NCBI GenBank assembly: GCA_964016885.1
Contig: OZ024741.1
Location: forward strand, 319,548,001-319,612,000
Direction of reading: 5' to 3'
Length of the DNA stretch: 64,000 nt
DNA from: Eledone cirrhosa
Taxonomy: Eukaryota
Shown: piece by piece, positions 63,199 through 64,000 of the stretch
How the letters are laid out: each line of letters starts with the position of its first letter
Numbering within the stretch: position 1 is the stretch's first letter
Notes under the pieces: model-generated
Databases searched by the model: none
Told to the model about the DNA's origin: nothing
The model's input: the letters and a program-made list of their open reading frames with translations, nothing else
Made by a program: the position numbers and the translations under genes

Positions 63199-63932
63199 TT
63201 AAGCAAAACAAGACCACAAATTTCACAAGGAAGACATTATTAAAAGATTGTTTAGTTTGATGTAAGGAATGTAGAGAATAATAATAATAGTATTAATAAT
63301 AATTGTTTCTACTTTAGGCACAAGGCCAGCAAATACCCAGTGCATTACTGGTACTTTATTTTATCGACCCCGTAAGGATGAAAGGCAAAATAATGTCCGT
63401 TTACAATTGTTTCGCTGCTCCATATAATATTTCTGGATCAGATGACTATATATCATAATTGATTTGGTTCAGTTGAAAATAAATAACATATTTAAAAGAC
63501 AGGGCGGCTCATCGGAACTTCAAAGGAATATAAATTAAATTAATGAGATAATGTTACATAATATAATGTTCCATATATTGGTTTTTACTATGGTGTCTTG
63601 GTTGCATCAGTTGTCAGCCATAATCAAGCAGTATTCATCTGTCGAGGCTGCATTGTGTGAGATCTGCCTATGGATAACAAGATGGCTGCCAAAGGGCATA
63701 TTTACCTCACTAGTTAGAGGGTGGTTTCAGGGGAAGTAACTTCTCGACAGATTAGAAATTGTGGGTGTTTATAGTTAAGTGCTAATTAAAAATTTTTTTT
63801 TTAATTGAGAGACAATGTGGGGAGGTAACTTATAATTATCGAGTTGTTCATAGCAATTTAACTTATTAGCTACAAGTAAAAATGGGGCTACATGACTAAT
63901 TTGGGTCAAATATATATATATATATGTATATG

Positions 63933-64000
<68 letters not shown>

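Overview
AT-rich animal DNA full of (TA)n microsatellites; the SINE, RTE and microsatellite content looks like an octopod cephalopod (inference). It is mostly intronic or intergenic. Four phase-compatible + strand exons of an unidentified host gene lie between 32299 and 47220. Recognisable transposons: DD37D (maT-type) Tc1/mariner copies, RTE LINEs with a PHD finger after the RT core, two SINE families, degraded L1/Tx1 and CR1/L2 fragments, non-autonomous Helitrons and Penelope-like elements (PLEs), including a near-complete Naiad-type element with a 1.5-kb inverted arm. The strongest unexplained signal is about a dozen sequence-unrelated fold-back insertions in (TA)n tracts. One arm ends at the microsatellite, the inverted arm carries an extra tail, and many contain type-I hammerhead ribozyme motifs. 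Many tails share a bulged hairpin (ACUC/GAGU, covariant GUUC/GAAC) a few nt past the junction. One insertion fuses a tRNA-Ala(AGC) fragment to a well-formed hammerhead, a candidate PLE-mobilised tRNA-headed SINE. Most short ORFs in the track are microsatellite artefacts. Coordinates were counted by hand and may be off by a few bases.
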